Shown: positions 22,041-36,171 of the stretch, piece by piece
Layout: the number at the start of each line of letters is the position of its first letter
Numbering within the stretch: position 1 is the stretch's first letter
The notes under the pieces: model-generated
Told to the model about the DNA's origin: nothing
What the model saw: the letters and a program-made list of their open reading frames with translations, nothing else
Databases searched by the model: none
Made by a program: the position numbers and the translations under genes
Source: Dictyostelium discoideum
Taxonomy: Eukaryota
Direction: 5' to 3'
Assembly: GCA_000004695.1 (NCBI GenBank)
Contig: CM000151.3
Span: 96,001 to 160,000, forward strand
Length of the DNA stretch: 64,000 nt

Positions 22041-24704
22041 TTTGTTATTAATAATAGTAATAATAAAAATAATGGAGCAACAACAACAACTACAACAACA
22101 ACTACTACTACAAATTCAAATTCAAATTCAACAAAATCAAAAGTAGTTGTTAATGATTCATCACCAAATTTAATAAGTGCATCACCAAAAGGGTTAGGTA
22201 GTTCACAAGGTTCATTAACAACAATTAATAATCAAAAGAAATTAACATTATCTCCACAAAGAGCAAGTTCAACTACAACAACAAGTGTAAATAAACCACC
22301 ATTGAAATTAAAGGCAATTTCAAGTCCACCAATTACACCAAATGTATCAACACCAGAGAGATGTTTTGTAATTAATGATAAGAATAAACATGTTATGATA
22401 TCATCAGAAACTACGATTCACAATGTTAGTGGACTATCATCAATTAGTACACCAATAGTTAGTGATGCTGCAATTGCAGAATTAAGTAAATGTAATGACC
22501 ATGATCAAAAGAAATTTACAATATTCTGTACAGATTGTGATCAATTACTATGTGATGAATGTTTAAATAACAATCAGCAACAACATGAAAATCATCAATT
22601 AAATAAAATCATTCAAGAAGCTGAAAAAAGAATTGGAGATATTGAATCAATGATAATTACAACTTCATTATGTCCAAATAGATTAATTAATAAAAAGAAT
22701 AAAATTGAAAAAATAATTCAAGATAGTGCATTGGTTTTAAAAGATACTAAATTGAAAATTACTACTGATATCGATACAATGATTGAAAATTTAAAAGAGA
22801 GAAAGAATGCATTGATCAGTCAAATCGATAAAGAATATGAAGAACAGAAATTAGAATTAAAAGATCAAATTGAAACTATTAATACAACAATTGTTGATAT
22901 TCAAAATAATACATCAATCACTCAAGGTATTGTTTCATTATATCTTAATCAAGTTGATTCTGAAATGTTATCAACTTCATTATTGAAAAAGTATAGTGAT
23001 CTAAAAAGAATGGATCAATTATCTGATAAACTTTCAAATAATTTAGAACAAAATATTGAATGGAAATGGGAACCTGAATATCATTTCCCACAATTATTTA
23101 CTCGTTCAAATGGTGAAAAAACTACTGTTGTATATAGAACTAAAAGAGTATCTGTTGGTGTATCTTCTTCACCAACTGGTACTGGTAGTAATGGTACACC
23201 ACAGCAACAACAACAACAATCAGCAAATGGTAATCCAACAATTATTACAACACCACCATTACCACCAATTTCAGCAAATTCACCAAGTCCAACATCATCA
23301 TCATCATCAACATTAATTGGTAATATTATTAAAAGATCATCACCACCTCATCTACCACTAAGTAGTCAAAATTATGATAATTTTGGTTCAACACCACCTA
23401 GATTAACTACAAAATTATCTTCACCAAATTTATCAATTTCAATGCCAACTTTTCCACAATCAAATTCTGTTCAACAGAATGGTAGTACTTCATCAATAAT
23501 GAAACAACAATCACATGGTAGTAAATTAAATGATAATATTAATACCAACAATAATAATTCACCAAGTCCAACATCATCATCAACAACATCTACAAATGGA
23601 TCAAATACAAAAATTCAATTAAAAAATCCAGTATTTGGTAAATTATTAACTAGAAAAGATTCTGTAATTACAGCAAGAAGAAATTGGATTTATGGATTTT
23701 CAGATCATCAAGTTGAAATTTATGATAATGTTACAAAAGTTTGGAGAGGTGGTTCAAAAATACCAAAGAAATCAATAGAGTATAGTAGTATTTATGATAA
23801 TAATTGTACAATCTATAGATTTGGTGGTAAGGAGACACCAAATGATATCTATTGTTATAATGTTGATAGAGATATTTGGGAACACAATAAAGTTAAAATA
23901 CCATCGAAAAGAAATGCTCATTGTTCAGTTTTCGATGGATTAAGATACATTTATTTAATTGGTGGTGCTGATAGAGATAGTAGTAAATTATTGGAAAGAT
24001 TTGATATTGAAACTCAACAATGGACTAAACTAGCATCCATGAAATTCGGTCGTAGTTATTTCAATGCTTTCTATCACCCTACTAAAAGATGTATTTACGT
24101 ATTGGATGGCTATGTTAATAAAGACAAGAAATCCTCTGTTGAAATGTACTCACTTGAAAAGAATCAGTGGAGTGTGATTTGTGAGATAAATCAACCAAGA
24201 TATCTTAGTGGTGTCTCATTTGATGGTTCAAAATATATAAATATAATTGGTGGTGTTGATAGATCAAACTCTCGTGATATTAAAACTATGGAAAGATTTG
24301 ATACATCAACTCATAAATGGGAAATACTAAATAATGAACCAAAATCATTACTATCTCATACTTCAAGTTCAATGAATTTAATGGTAGTTCAATCACCACA
24401 ATTAAAGAAAAATAATTCATTTTCTTCAATTTCTTCTCATTCATCTTTAAATTCTTCATCTTCAAATAATGGTATCAGTGGTAGTGGTGGTAGTGGTGGT
24501 GATAATGAAATTCCAACTGAAAAAATGCAATTCTTTAATACTTCATTTTTTGATGGTGAACAATTCATTTTTTTCTATGGTATAAATATTGATGAACATG
24601 GTCCACTCTTATATAAATTTAGTATAAAAACAAAGAAATTTGAAAAGATTCCAATCGATAATACTTTGGATTTATTTAGTACTCTAATTTTTGTTTCAAA
24701 ATAA
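21705..24704 (+). CDS. TRIM-like E3 ligase-type protein, 999 aa: N-terminal C3HC4 RING, B-box-type zinc finger, coiled-coil, Ser/Thr/Asn-rich linker, C-terminal Kelch-type beta-propeller repeats
   Basis: RING: CPNCLKVFNNPRQLECDHILCTRCIEG..CPVCDK. B-box: CNDHDQKKFTIFCTDCDQLLCDECLNNNQQQHENH. Coiled-coil: heptad-rich 300-420. Kelch-like blades: YRFGGKE, IYLIGGADRD, IYVLDGYVN, INIIGGVDRS, FIFFYGIN. Confidence 0.6.
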
Positions 24705-24792
24705 AAAATAAAAAATAAAAAAAAACAAAAAATAAAAAAATAAAAATTAAAAATTAACCTATATATATAATATTAAAAATTTTATTTGTTTT

Positions 24793-25027
24793 TTATTGTT
24801 TCTTTTTTATAATCCATGTTTTAGAACCAACCAATTCATATTCAAAATCATTTTCTTCTAATAAAACAAAAAACTTTTTTGAATCATATAATTTTCTACC
24901 ATATGCCATTAACATAAAACTATCTTTTTTATTATCCATTAATTGTCTTAAGGTTATCATTAATTTTTCAAAATATTGAACATCTAAAAAACCATTAAAT
25001 TATAAATTCACATATGTGTTAATTATC

Positions 25028-25061
<34 letters not shown>

Positions 25062-25166
25062 ATATATATATATATATATATATTACTACATACATAATAA
25101 AATATCACTTGCAATTACAATTTCAAAATCTTTATCTTCTTCTTTAAATGTATCGCCCCATGTGTC

Positions 25167-25207
<41 letters not shown>

Positions 25208-25653
25208 TTAATTAATTTATATATATAAATTAAAAATAAAATAATTTAATTAAACTTACGAGGAATATGTTTAAATTCTATATTATTTAAAGATTTATTA
25301 AAATTTATATTTTCAGTGATTTCATCAGCATTATAATCGGATGAAGTTACATTGTAACCTTTTTTATTTAAGAAAATTGATAATACACCAGTTGCTGATC
25401 CTAATTCAATGATTTTCTTATTTTTAAATCTTTCTTGATTTAATAATAAATAATCAATTAAAGTATAAGTAGATGGCCAAATTACACCTGCATTTGTATT
25501 ACTGTAGGCAAACTCTCTAATTTTGATTTTCTCTCCATGTACTTCTATTAATTTCTCTTCAAATACTTGTTCTGTTATAATATTTTCTTTTTTATTATCT
25601 TCATCCTCTGAATCAGAGTTTGTCATTTTTGCAAAATCTGATAAATCAAGCAT
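24793..25653 (-). CDS. METTL21/FAM86-like protein-lysine methyltransferase (seven-beta-strand class I MTase), 218 aa. Exons 25260..25653, 25094..25165 and 24793..24983.
   Basis: Motif I: IIELGSATGVLSIFL. Post I: VTSSDY. Exon 2: HTWGDTFKEEDKDFEIVIASDILLY, with the D-(I/V)-(I/L)-x-x-D-(V/I)-(L/V)-Y motif. Donors GTAAGT and GTATGT; acceptor ttttttag. Confidence 0.55.
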
Positions 25654-25931
25654 TTTATTTATTTATTTTGATTTTTTTTTAAAATTTTCTATTTTTATTT
25701 TCATATAAAACAAACCACACTTAAAGTTTTAAAAACGAAAATATCTCAAAAAAAAAAAAAAAAAAAAATTAAAATATTTTTTTTCAATAAAAATGAGAAG
25801 TGTTTAAAAAAATTAAAAAATGAGAAGAATAATTTTTTAAATAAAAAACAAATAGAATAATAATAATTATAATATATTCAAAATTTTTTAAAAAATATTC
25901 AAAGGATACAATCTTAATGTTTTTGGAAAGG

Positions 25932-25965
<34 letters not shown>

Positions 25966-26476
25966 AAAATTTTAAAAAAGGAAATTGGTTTTTTTATTTT
26001 TATAAAGAATATTATTTTTAAATATAAAAAAATAAAGTCAACTTTATTAGTACTAATAATATTATTTTGGAATTTCATTTGAAACCAAAAAAACCAAAAA
26101 ACCAAAATTAAACCAAAATAAAACCAAAATAAAACCAATAATAAAAACTTTTTTTAAATAATCGTTTTTTTTTTTTTCTATACACTTTAACAAATCAAAA
26201 AAATTTTTTAATTTAATTTAATTTTTTTTTTTTTTTTCTTAAAAATGGAATTTTAATAGATTTAAAATTAAATGAAAATACTACTATAAAAAAAAAAAAA
26301 TTAAAAATAAAAAAAAAAAAATAAATATAAAAAAAAAAAAATAAATAAAAATAAAAAAACTATAATTTTAATATAAAAACTAAAAAAAAAAAAAAAAAAA
26401 AAAAAGTTTATAGATTTTATAAAATAAAAATTAAATTTAAATTTAAATTTCAATGAATAGATCTTATCTGAATTAT

Positions 26477-26513
<37 letters not shown>

Positions 26514-26680
26514 CATATGAAAAAATGAGGTATAAATAGTTTTTTTAAACCTTTAAATCATTATTTTTCATTCTAGTACAATAATACAGTAATAATATAC
26601 TTATTGTAGTAACATAAAAAAAATTAATTAAAAAGAAAAATATATATATATAAATTAATAAATAAATAAATAAATAAATA

Positions 26681-28164
26681 ATAAAGTATTATGAGAATTT
26701 TAAAAAGTATTTTGCCAATTTTTTTGGCAATTGAATTAGCTTCAAATGTTTATGCAGCTGGTAAAGTTTTAAAAAAATAAAAATAAAAATAATATAAATA
26801 GTAATAATGAAAAGAAATTATTAACCAAAAAAAAAAAAAAAAAAAAAAAAACCAATTTATAAATTTTAGATCAAGATTATTGTTCATTACTTGAAAATGC
26901 ATTAATGTTTTATAAAATGAATAGAGCTGGTCGTTTACCAGATAATGATATACCATGGAGAGGTAATTCAGCATTGAATGATGCAAGTCCAAATTCGGCA
27001 AAAGATGCCAATGGTGATGGTAATTTAAGTGGTGGTTATTTTGATGCTGGTGATGGTGTTAAATTTGGTTTACCAATGGCTTATTCTATGACTATGTTAG
27101 GTTGGTCATTCAATGTTTATTCAGATAAAATCGAAGGATGTAAATTAACAGATTTATACCTAGATACAATTAAATATGGTACCGATTGGCTTATTGCAGC
27201 ACATACAGCAGATAACGAATTTGCAGGTCAAGTTGGTGATGGTAATACTGATCATGCTTGGTGGGGCCCTCCTGAGAATATGACAATGGATCGTCCAACT
27301 TTTATGCTTACCACCGATTCACCAGGTACTGAAATTGCAATGGAAGCAGCTTCAGCACTAGCTGCAGCTTCAATGGCATTCAAATCTTCGAATCCTACAT
27401 ATGCCGCAACTTGCTTAGCACATGCTAAAACTCTTCATAATTTCGGGTACACTTATCGTGGTGTTTATTCAGACTCCATTTCAAATGCAAAGACTTTCTA
27501 TAATTCATGGTCTGGTTATAAGGATGAACTAGTTTGGGGTAGCATTTGGTTATATAAAGCAACTGAAGATCAAAGCTATTTAACAAAAGCCGTTGCAGAT
27601 TATGCATCGGGTGGTGTTGGTGCAATGGCACAAGGTAATTCTCACGATTGGGATCTTAAAGCACCAGGTTGTTGTTTACTATTATCTCAATTAGTTCCAG
27701 AGACTGAAACTTATAAAACTGATTTCGAAGGTTGGTTAAATTATTGGTTACCAGGTGGAGGTATCACTTATACACCAGGTGGTTTAGCATGGATCAGACA
27801 ATGGGGTCCAGCTCGTTATGCTGCCACTGCCGCTTTCCTTGGCTCATTGGCTGGTACTGATAAAGGTACAGATTTCACTAAAAAACAAGTAGATTATTTA
27901 CTTGGTGATAATCCAAATCAACAATCATTTGTAGTTGGTATTGGTCCAAATCATCCAATTAATCCACATCATCGTGCTGCTCATCATTCAACAACTAATG
28001 ATATAAATAATCCAGTTAATAATTTATACCTCTTAAAAGGTGCTTTAGTTGGTGGACCAGGTTCAAATGATGAATATACTGATGATAGAACTGATTATAT
28101 TTCAAATGAAGTTGCAACTGATTATAATGCTGGTTTCGTTGGTGCATTAGCTTCATTATGTTGA
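26681..28164 (+). CDS. Glycoside hydrolase family 9 endo-beta-1,4-glucanase (cellulase), secreted, 442 aa. Exons 26681..26750 and 26870..28164.
   Basis: Exon 1 encodes the signal peptide MRILKSILPIFLAIELASNVYAA; donor GTAAAG in phase 1. Mature GH9 motifs are present: DYCSLLENALMFYKMNRAG, GGYFDAGDGVKFGLPMAYS, DHAWWGPPENM, WGSIWLYKATED. There is no carbohydrate-binding module. Confidence 0.65.
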
Positions 28165-28589
28165 AAAAAAAAAAAAAAACACAACTAATAATATTTTTGA
28201 ACTAGTCAAAATAATAATAATAATAATAAAATAATTAATAATAATTCTCAGTTTTCGTTTATACTAATATAGAAATGATCTTAGATATAAAAAAATTAAA
28301 AAATTAAAAAATAAAAATAATAATATAAAAAAATAATAAAATTAAAAAAATGAATATAGTTTTTAATTTGGGTTTTTTATTTAAAATTTATCTTTTATTT
28401 GGTTTTATATTTACATGTGTTTTTTTTTTTTTCTTTTTCCTTTTCTTTTTTTTTCTTTAGTTGTGTGGAAGAATATTTTTTTTTTTTCCAGTTTAAAAAA
28501 AAAAAAAAAAAAGTAAATAAATATCCTATATAATCTTTGATATTCATTCTATTCTATAAAAAATTGGTTATATATATTTTTAAAGATTT

Positions 28590-29063
28590 TTAATCATTCT
28601 TTTCTTCTTTATCCATTGTATTATCTTTAATTTTTGGTGCAGGTCCACATGGGCTAATCATTTTCTGTAAAAATAAATTATTATAATGTTAATAAACTTT
28701 TTTTTTTTGAAATAATAATAATAAATAATAAAAATAATAAACAATACATACTGTTAAAGTATTATATCTGACACGACCAACTGATTCATTTTCAGCTATA
28801 GAAAATAATGATAAAAATGAAGAGTGTCCAATAAAAGATGAAAGTGAATCTCTATGTTGATTTGTTAACCATTCACTATTTTTTTTTTAAAAAAAAAAAA
28901 AAAGAATATTAGTATTATTGGTTCTGAAATATAATATGATGACGACGAAAATGAAAAGATTATGGAAAAATACATACTGTTTGGAAATGTCAGCATGACC
29001 AGTTCCAACATATCTCATTTGGAGATGCTCCAATTGACTATTTAATGATTCCCTCTCTGACAT
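28590..29063 (-). CDS. sf3b5: Splicing factor 3B subunit 5 (SF3b10), 94 aa. Exons 28978..29063, 28752..28875 and 28590..28664.
   Basis: MSERESLNSQLEHLQMRYVGTGHADISK/HEWLTNQHRDSLSSFIGHSSFLSLFSIAENESVGRVRYNTLT/KMISPCGPAPKIKDN... matches the SF3B5 core (..SQLEHLQSKYIGTGHAD..WLVNQHRDS..AIAENES..R..N..EKMLQPCGPP). Introns have GTATGT donors. Confidence 0.7.
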
Positions 29064-29731
29064 GTTTGTTTATGTTAAGTTGCGCACGCGTGTGTTTGAA
29101 TTTTCAATAAATGAAATTTTAAAAATAAAACTGAAAAAAAAAAAAAATAAAAAAATAAAAAAATATTTTCTCTCTTTTTTTTTTTTTTTTATTTTCTAAA
29201 AAAAAAAAAAAAAAGATTTAATTTTATTTATTTTTAATATAGATTTAGTATAGATAAATATAATACTAGAAAATATACAAAATGATATTAAATATAAACA
29301 AAATGAATGTAATCATTCATTTTTTTTTTTTTTTTTTCAAACATAAATACAATTATTTAAAAAATAGCAAACAAAATAAATAACAATTATCCAAATACAA
29401 TTTAATAAAAAATTTAAAATCAAAGCCATAATTTAATAAATAAAAAATAAAAAAGAAATTTTATTTGTTTTTTTTTTTTAAAATAATTCCAATGGAATTT
29501 AAACTTGATAAACTTGTTGTTGTTGCTGTTGTTGAGGTATTACTATAGTAATATTTGTTGTATCTGATAATAATGAGAATGTGAAATTGGTCAGAGAAAT
29601 GATAAGTTTCGCAAATTCCAGAGAAATGATAAATTTTATAAATTCGTGTCGAATGATATAAATTAATTATTTTTTTTTTTTTTTTTTTTTTTGTTATTAT
29701 TATTTATTTATTTTTGATAATTATTATTTTT

Positions 29732-30918
29732 TATTTATAATTCACCAGAAAATAATTTTTTAAATTGTTCCCAAAATACTAAAGTTAGAATGGTATGAGG
29801 ACCCAATCTAAGATAATGTGCCCAAAATCCTTTATAAACCGCACCAAAACCTTCTTTTTTAACAGTTTTATAAACACAATCCATTAAACCTTTATAAATT
29901 TCACCATGTGAATTACCTTTACCTTGAAAATATAATCTTGTTCTTGCAACATCAAATGGATTCATACCAAATGTTACTATAAATCCTGCTACCATACTCG
30001 ATCTTTTATAATAATATTATTAATATTAATATATACTATTAAATAATAATTATAAATAAAAACACTTACATTATATATGCATAAATACCATCATCAACGA
30101 AATTTAAAACTAAATTTTTACAAGAACCATAAGTTGATAATTGAATTGCAGAACCAACAGCAGTTCTTTGAGCAGAGGTTAACATACCTCTGGTTAAACC
30201 TTTGAAACCTTCTTTTTGTATAATTTGTTTAAATGCAGCAAAAGAAGATGAATAACCAACAAATTGTGGATCGTTTTTATACATGTTAGCAGCTTGCATT
30301 CTAACTTTAACCAAATCGAAAGGACTTCCAGCAGCAGCACCAATAGCACCAGCAGTTGCACCAGCTAATAAATTCTTTAAGAAAAAGTAATCTTGATTTG
30401 GTTTTGCACCAAGTGCATTTGATATTAAATCGAAACTACCTAACCTAATTCCTTGCATTGTTGCTTGTGAAAAATATGCAGGTATTAAACCACTTTGTAA
30501 TCCTCTTATACCTTCTGTCTTGTAAATCTGTTTAAATGCATCCCATACTCCATTATATATTCTTTGTGATAATTGTAATTCACCTTGTAATTGTAATCTT
30601 GTTTTTACTAATTCAATTGGATTTGTAACTTATTATTTATTAAAAAAAATAAAAAAAATAAAATAAAAAAAAATATATAAAAAAATAAAAAAACAAAAAT
30701 ATTTAAAAAAAAAAAAAAAAAATATCTTTATTTAGTAAATTGTTTTTTTTTTTTTTTTTGGAAATCTGATAAAAAAAAAAAAATAAAAATAAAAAATGAA
30801 AAAAAATATATATATATATCTTACCTGTTGTAGCACATATTGAAGCTAAACTTCCACTTATAAAACCAATAGCAACTTTATTCTTATTATTTTTATTATT
30901 ATTTAAATTTACGCTCAT
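29732..30918 (-). CDS. Mitochondrial carrier family (SLC25) protein, ~306 aa, dicarboxylate/oxoglutarate/UCP-like clade. Exons 30825..30918, 30070..30625 and 29732..30002.
   Basis: Three carrier signatures: PIELVKTRLQ, PFDLVKVRMQ, PFDVARTRL. The end of exon 2 and start of exon 3 were chosen to keep helix 5 (IYAYIISSMVAGFIV) intact. Alternative acceptor at 29998. Confidence 0.6.
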
Positions 30919-31305
30919 TATTATTGCAATTGATCAGAATTGTGTCGTTTCTGAAAATTACAAAAATTAATTAAAAAAAAAAAAATAAAAAAAAAATAAA
31001 AAATCTAATTTTTTTTTTTTTAAAAAAAATAAAATTAAATAAAATAAAATAAAAAAAAATAAAATAAATAAATAAAAAAAATAAATAATGCGATACCTAA
31101 AGAATATTCCTGGAGACAAAAAAAAAAAAAAAAAAAATAAAATAAATGTAAATAAAAATAAAAATAAAAAATAAAAAAAAAATAAATATAAATTAATTAA
31201 ATTTTTTTTTTTTTTTTTCAACTCAGAGTTTTTTTTTTTTTTTACTCTGCAACTCGGGTGTAAACTTTATTTTTAGATTATCCTAATTAGTCATATATCG
31301 CCTTA

Positions 31306-31342
31306 ATGATGACACATAATAATAATAATAATAATATCACTG

Positions 31343-31407
<65 letters not shown>

Positions 31408-33669
31408 TTAAATAATAATAATAATAATAATATTACTGATGATAATAATGATATACTTTCAATTATAAATAATAATAATGAAAATAGTAAATTATCAATT
31501 TTATTAATTGGTGAAATATTAAGATATTGTTGGAATGATAAATATAGTGTATTTGCATGGAAGGTGTCATTATCATTAGTATCGAAAGGTGTGTTTAAGA
31601 TTGTTTCAAGTTTTGCAAATAGTATTAATTTAGTATCAAGTGATTTATATCAACATCTTAGAAATCAATGGTGTATATTTAAATCAATAGATTCGCTAAC
31701 GACATCATTTAAATTTTTGGAAGGATTCGTTGACGAATTTAATTTCAATTTATTAGAAAAGAAACAAATTTATTTACCAAAAGATTGTTCAATTGATAAT
31801 ATTGACAGAGACAAAATTCAGGATCCCTTATCATTATTATCAAGTTTAACCATTAGGGGACCCGCCGCATCATATGTGAAAAAAGAGAAAGTTGTATTAC
31901 AATTACTATTATCAAGTAACACAAGTTCATTTAAACATTTTTCAATGATTTCACATAAGAATACACTGTTGAAGAATATTTTCAGTTTTCTAGAACAGTG
32001 CCCGAATTTGGAGTCGTTCGGACTGGGTTTACCAATGTCTGATAAGAAAAACAGTGGTGTCAATCAATATTTGAAGAAAAGTGGATCAGGTTTAAAAAGT
32101 TTACATTTATGTTTTAATTTTAAGAGTATACCAACATTGGAAGATGGTAAACAATTGAATGAAAGTTTCTTTGGTATTGGATCAGATATTAATCTTAGGA
32201 ATTTAAAAATCCTACAATTAGGCCATAAAAAACTTTCAGGTCCAAACTACGACTCACATTCATTCGACTATCCAATAAATGCATCAGAGATTTTATTCTC
32301 ATGTATTCGTGACCGTATTGACTCCCTAACGACATTAATATTTCATAAACCTACCGGCTACACATGTCAAACTGACTCTTCCAATGAATTCTTATTAAAT
32401 TTAAATTCATATTTAATAAATGGTGATAGGAATCAGTCATTGACGCATTTAGAACTACCAGTTAAAATTACAAGACCTGATATTTTATCGACTGTTGCAA
32501 ATAAGAAATCGTTACGTAGACTTACGATATTAACAAATCAAATGGTACCATTTTCAACAGATTCAAATTTAGAAAGATTGGAATTACTATCGGATCCTGT
32601 GGAAAAGGATACACAAGAAGCTTCTCAAAAATTCTTTGAATTAAATTCAACATTGAAAATTAAGAAATTGGTAATTAGAGATCATATATTCTTTGAAACT
32701 TTAAAACCATTCCTTCAAGATAATCTAGATTTACTTTGTTTAAATGTTGCACTAAAAGGTAAAACCAATTTCGGTCTTCATAATAATCCATTCCTCTCAA
32801 TTCCAGATGCAAAAAATTTAAAAAAAATCGTTGCAAAATTTCCTCACATTGAAAGAGACGAAGTTGCCGATGCAATTAGTAGATTCTTAAGATTTTGTTC
32901 AACAAGTGATTCAATTCAATATGTTAAATATATTCAATCAGATTTTAATTTAGAAAAAGTTAATTCATTTGGTTTTAAATTTTTAAATAGAAATGATAGA
33001 TCGTATTATTATACAAGAAGGTAAAATTTTAATTTATTAATTTAATTTAATTTAATTATTAATTTATTAATTTATTTATTTATTAACTTTTTTTTTTTTA
33101 TTTTTTTTTTTATTTTTTTTTTTATTTTTTTTTAAAAAAAAAGTTTACCAAAAAATGATCCAAATAAAATTTTAATTAGTACAGATTTAAAAACTTGGAA
33201 TGGTATTGATGATCAATATGAAACATTTAAAAGTTATATAACAAAATCTAGAAAATTATTTGATCATTTAGTTGAACAATGTAAAAGTAGATCAGAATAT
33301 ACAGCATCTTATCTTTTAAAGTATACAAAGAATTGTTTAACAACATTCACTAAAGATCAATGGGAACAATCTGATGAATTATTAAAAACTGCTCATGCAA
33401 CTGTTTTAGCAATTATGGATCAAGATTCATTCGCTCGTTCGTTAGTTGAAAAAGCTCATATGAATTTAGATTTCTTAAAATTAACTGCTCATTATATTTT
33501 CTATGGTTTAGGTCCAACTGCTAGACCAATTCCATTAGAAACTTTAAATCAAGTTATAATTAATGATGGTAGAGGTATTACAAAACCACCATTACCACAA
33601 CAACAAAATAATAATAATAATAATAATAATATTAATAGTAATAATGATTCAAGTATTTTACAAATTTAA
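31306..33669 (+). CDS. F-box-like/LRR-type protein with an N-terminal poly-Asn tract, ~747 aa. Exons 31306..33020 and 33144..33669.
   Basis: F-box-like: LSILLIGEILRYCWNDKYSVFAWKVSLSLVSKGV. Repeated LxxLxL segments follow. Donor AG|GTAAAA in phase 2; the acceptor aaaaag at 33143 restores the long downstream ORF (SLPKNDPNKILISTDLKTWNG...). Confidence 0.5.
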
Positions 33670-33821
33670 AAAAATAAATAAATAAATAAATAAATAATAT
33701 AATATTAATTGTAATATATATGTATATTTTTTTTTTTTTTTTTTTTTTATTAATTATTATTTATTTAAATTTTTTTTTTTTTTTTTTTTTTTTATTTTAT
33801 TTTATTTTTTTTTTATTTTTT

Positions 33822-35608
33822 TTATTCCATCATATCATCATCTTCATCTTCATCATCATATTCTTCATCATCATCCTCACCTTCTTGATCTTCTTCATCT
33901 TCAAATTCTTCATCATTAATTGTTAAATTATTAACCATATCATCTAAAAGACCATCAAGAGCAAGTTCTTCTTTAATTGCATCTTCATCAATACCATGTT
34001 CTTGCATTTTCTTAATTCTTTGTTGAAGGATATTAGCGGCATCAGCTTCTTTGTAAATGTTAATTTTAGAACGAAGTTCAGGATCAGCTTCAATTTCACG
34101 AAGAAACTCTTCTCTATCACGTTCCATTTGATCGATTTCGAATTTCTTTGGATTTTCAATACCTTCTTTTGGAATCTCTTTAAAGTACCAATGTCTTTTG
34201 AATCTGAAATCGTTTTTACTTGGATAAGTTTTCTTTACCAAGACAAAGTCTGGTAATTGTTGATTCTTTTTCATACCGGCTAAATCTGAATCTGGGAAAT
34301 TGGAAGAGGCAACATCGTAACCCAATGCCAAATCACCCGGATTTAAAATGTTACCCAAATGACTTCTAATGTCATAGATGTTATCATTTGCACCGAAATC
34401 AGCGGATCTCATCAACTGAATGTCAGAGAGTGCATAACGACCCCTAGTTGCACCGGTGAGATTAACATCCAAAACGGTGAATTCCACCAACTGCTTGTAG
34501 GAACTAAGTGCACGGAATGGTGAATTCCAAAAGGTGAGTGCTGAAATCTCACCAGTGTGCAATGTATTTGGATCAATGAAATGAATTAAATTGGATACTT
34601 TGGTTACAACTACCAATGGACCCATATTACCTAGTTGATGGGCAATCTTTGGTGGTAAACATACTATATCATCCTTTGACAATGGTACAATCTCTACAGA
34701 GAATGTATATTTATAGTTGGCTGCATTGTTTTGTTCATCAGATGAAATTAATTGTTCAGATTTTTTGGTTTTAACTGGTGTAATAGCCGATATAAACTCT
34801 ACAAACTTCATTGCATGATTTCTATTTGAAAAAAAGAAATCTAAACCATCTGGTTTCTCTTTAATATTTAATGTTTGTGAATGTGCATTATGTTTTAAAA
34901 TTAATTGTTCAATATATAAAAATGTTCTTTTATGATCAACCTAAAATTAATAAATAATTAGTATCATCATCATCATCATCGTCATTATTATTATTTAAAT
35001 TTTTTTAATAAAGAAATTTCTTACTTTTTGTCTAAGTTGTACAACTGAATTCCAAGTATCTTTTGCTTCAAATTTTTGACATTTATCACATTGTTGACCT
35101 TGAACAATAAATTCAATAATGAAAATTTGTTGAAGGATTGCACTTGTGAAAACTTCTTTTTGAATTGTTAATTTAACTTTTAATCTCTTTGAATGTGGTT
35201 CTGTCCAAACCCAACCTGCATCCACTAATTTAACCTTATTTAAACCTTTAATTCTTTTAATACAAATTGTAAGTAATTCTCTTGATTCCAATTCTGCAAT
35301 TGCCCAATGATTTGGTGGTTGAAGATAACGTGCACAACCTCTACACCATTGAATTGTTAATTGTTTTGGTATACCTTCTGTAATATCAACTTGACTCTTT
35401 ATACAATCAACACACATATTACTTGGATTTGCTGGTATTAAAACACCACACATACAACATAATCTTTATTAAAACCATTATTATTATTTATATATAAATA
35501 TAAATTAAAATGTTAGTTTGATTGTTTTTTTTTTTTTTTTTTTTTTAGGAATTTCTTAATATTAAAAACTTACATGTTGGCTTGTTTAACTTGTGGAATG
35601 TACTCCAT
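33822..35608 (-). CDS. nmd3: 60S ribosomal subunit export adaptor NMD3, ~530 aa with an acidic C-terminal tail. Exons 35574..35608, 35025..35463 and 33822..34940.
   Basis: MEYIPQVKQAN/ILCCMCGVLIPANPSNMCVDCIKSQVDITEGIPKQLTIQWCRGCARYLQPP... is the NMD3 Cys4 zinc-finger N-terminus. Exon 3 starts VDHKRTFLYIEQLILKH. Donors GTAAGT and GTAAGA. Confidence 0.7.
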
Positions 35609-35707
35609 TTTTTATATTATATTATTATATATTTATAAAAATTAATTAATCAATTATTAATAAAATAAATGATAATTTTATAATACAAAGAAAAAAAAAA
35701 AAAATTA

Positions 35708-35745
<38 letters not shown>

Positions 35746-36074
35746 GAAAAGAAATTATTTTTTTTTTTTTTAATTTTTTTTTAATTTTTTTTAATTTTTT
35801 TTTTTTTTTTGTAAACGAACGAGTGAAAAAAAAAAAAAAAAAGATGGGAAAAAAAAATGAAATATATAAAACTAATGATACAGATATTGGAGGAATGAAT
35901 TTTTTAAAAATAAAATTAAATAATTTTTTTTTTTTTTTTATATAAAAAAAAATAAAAAAAATAAAAAAAAATAAATAAATAAAAAAAATAATAAATTAAT
36001 TTAATTTTGACACACAAATAATACGACAAATTCTTTTTTATTCTTTTTTTTTTAATTTCATCCCAAAATTATTC

Positions 36075-36105
<31 letters not shown>

Positions 36106-36171
36106 TTTTCATTCATTTTTTATTTTATTTTTTTTTTTTCTTCTCAATTTATTTTTTTAATTTAATCAAAA

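Noticed and set aside
23056-23316. ORF 23056..23316(+) inside the TRIM-like gene
   Set aside because: Alternative-frame reading of the CAA/ACA-rich linker of the 999-aa ORF (His/Gln-rich artefact).
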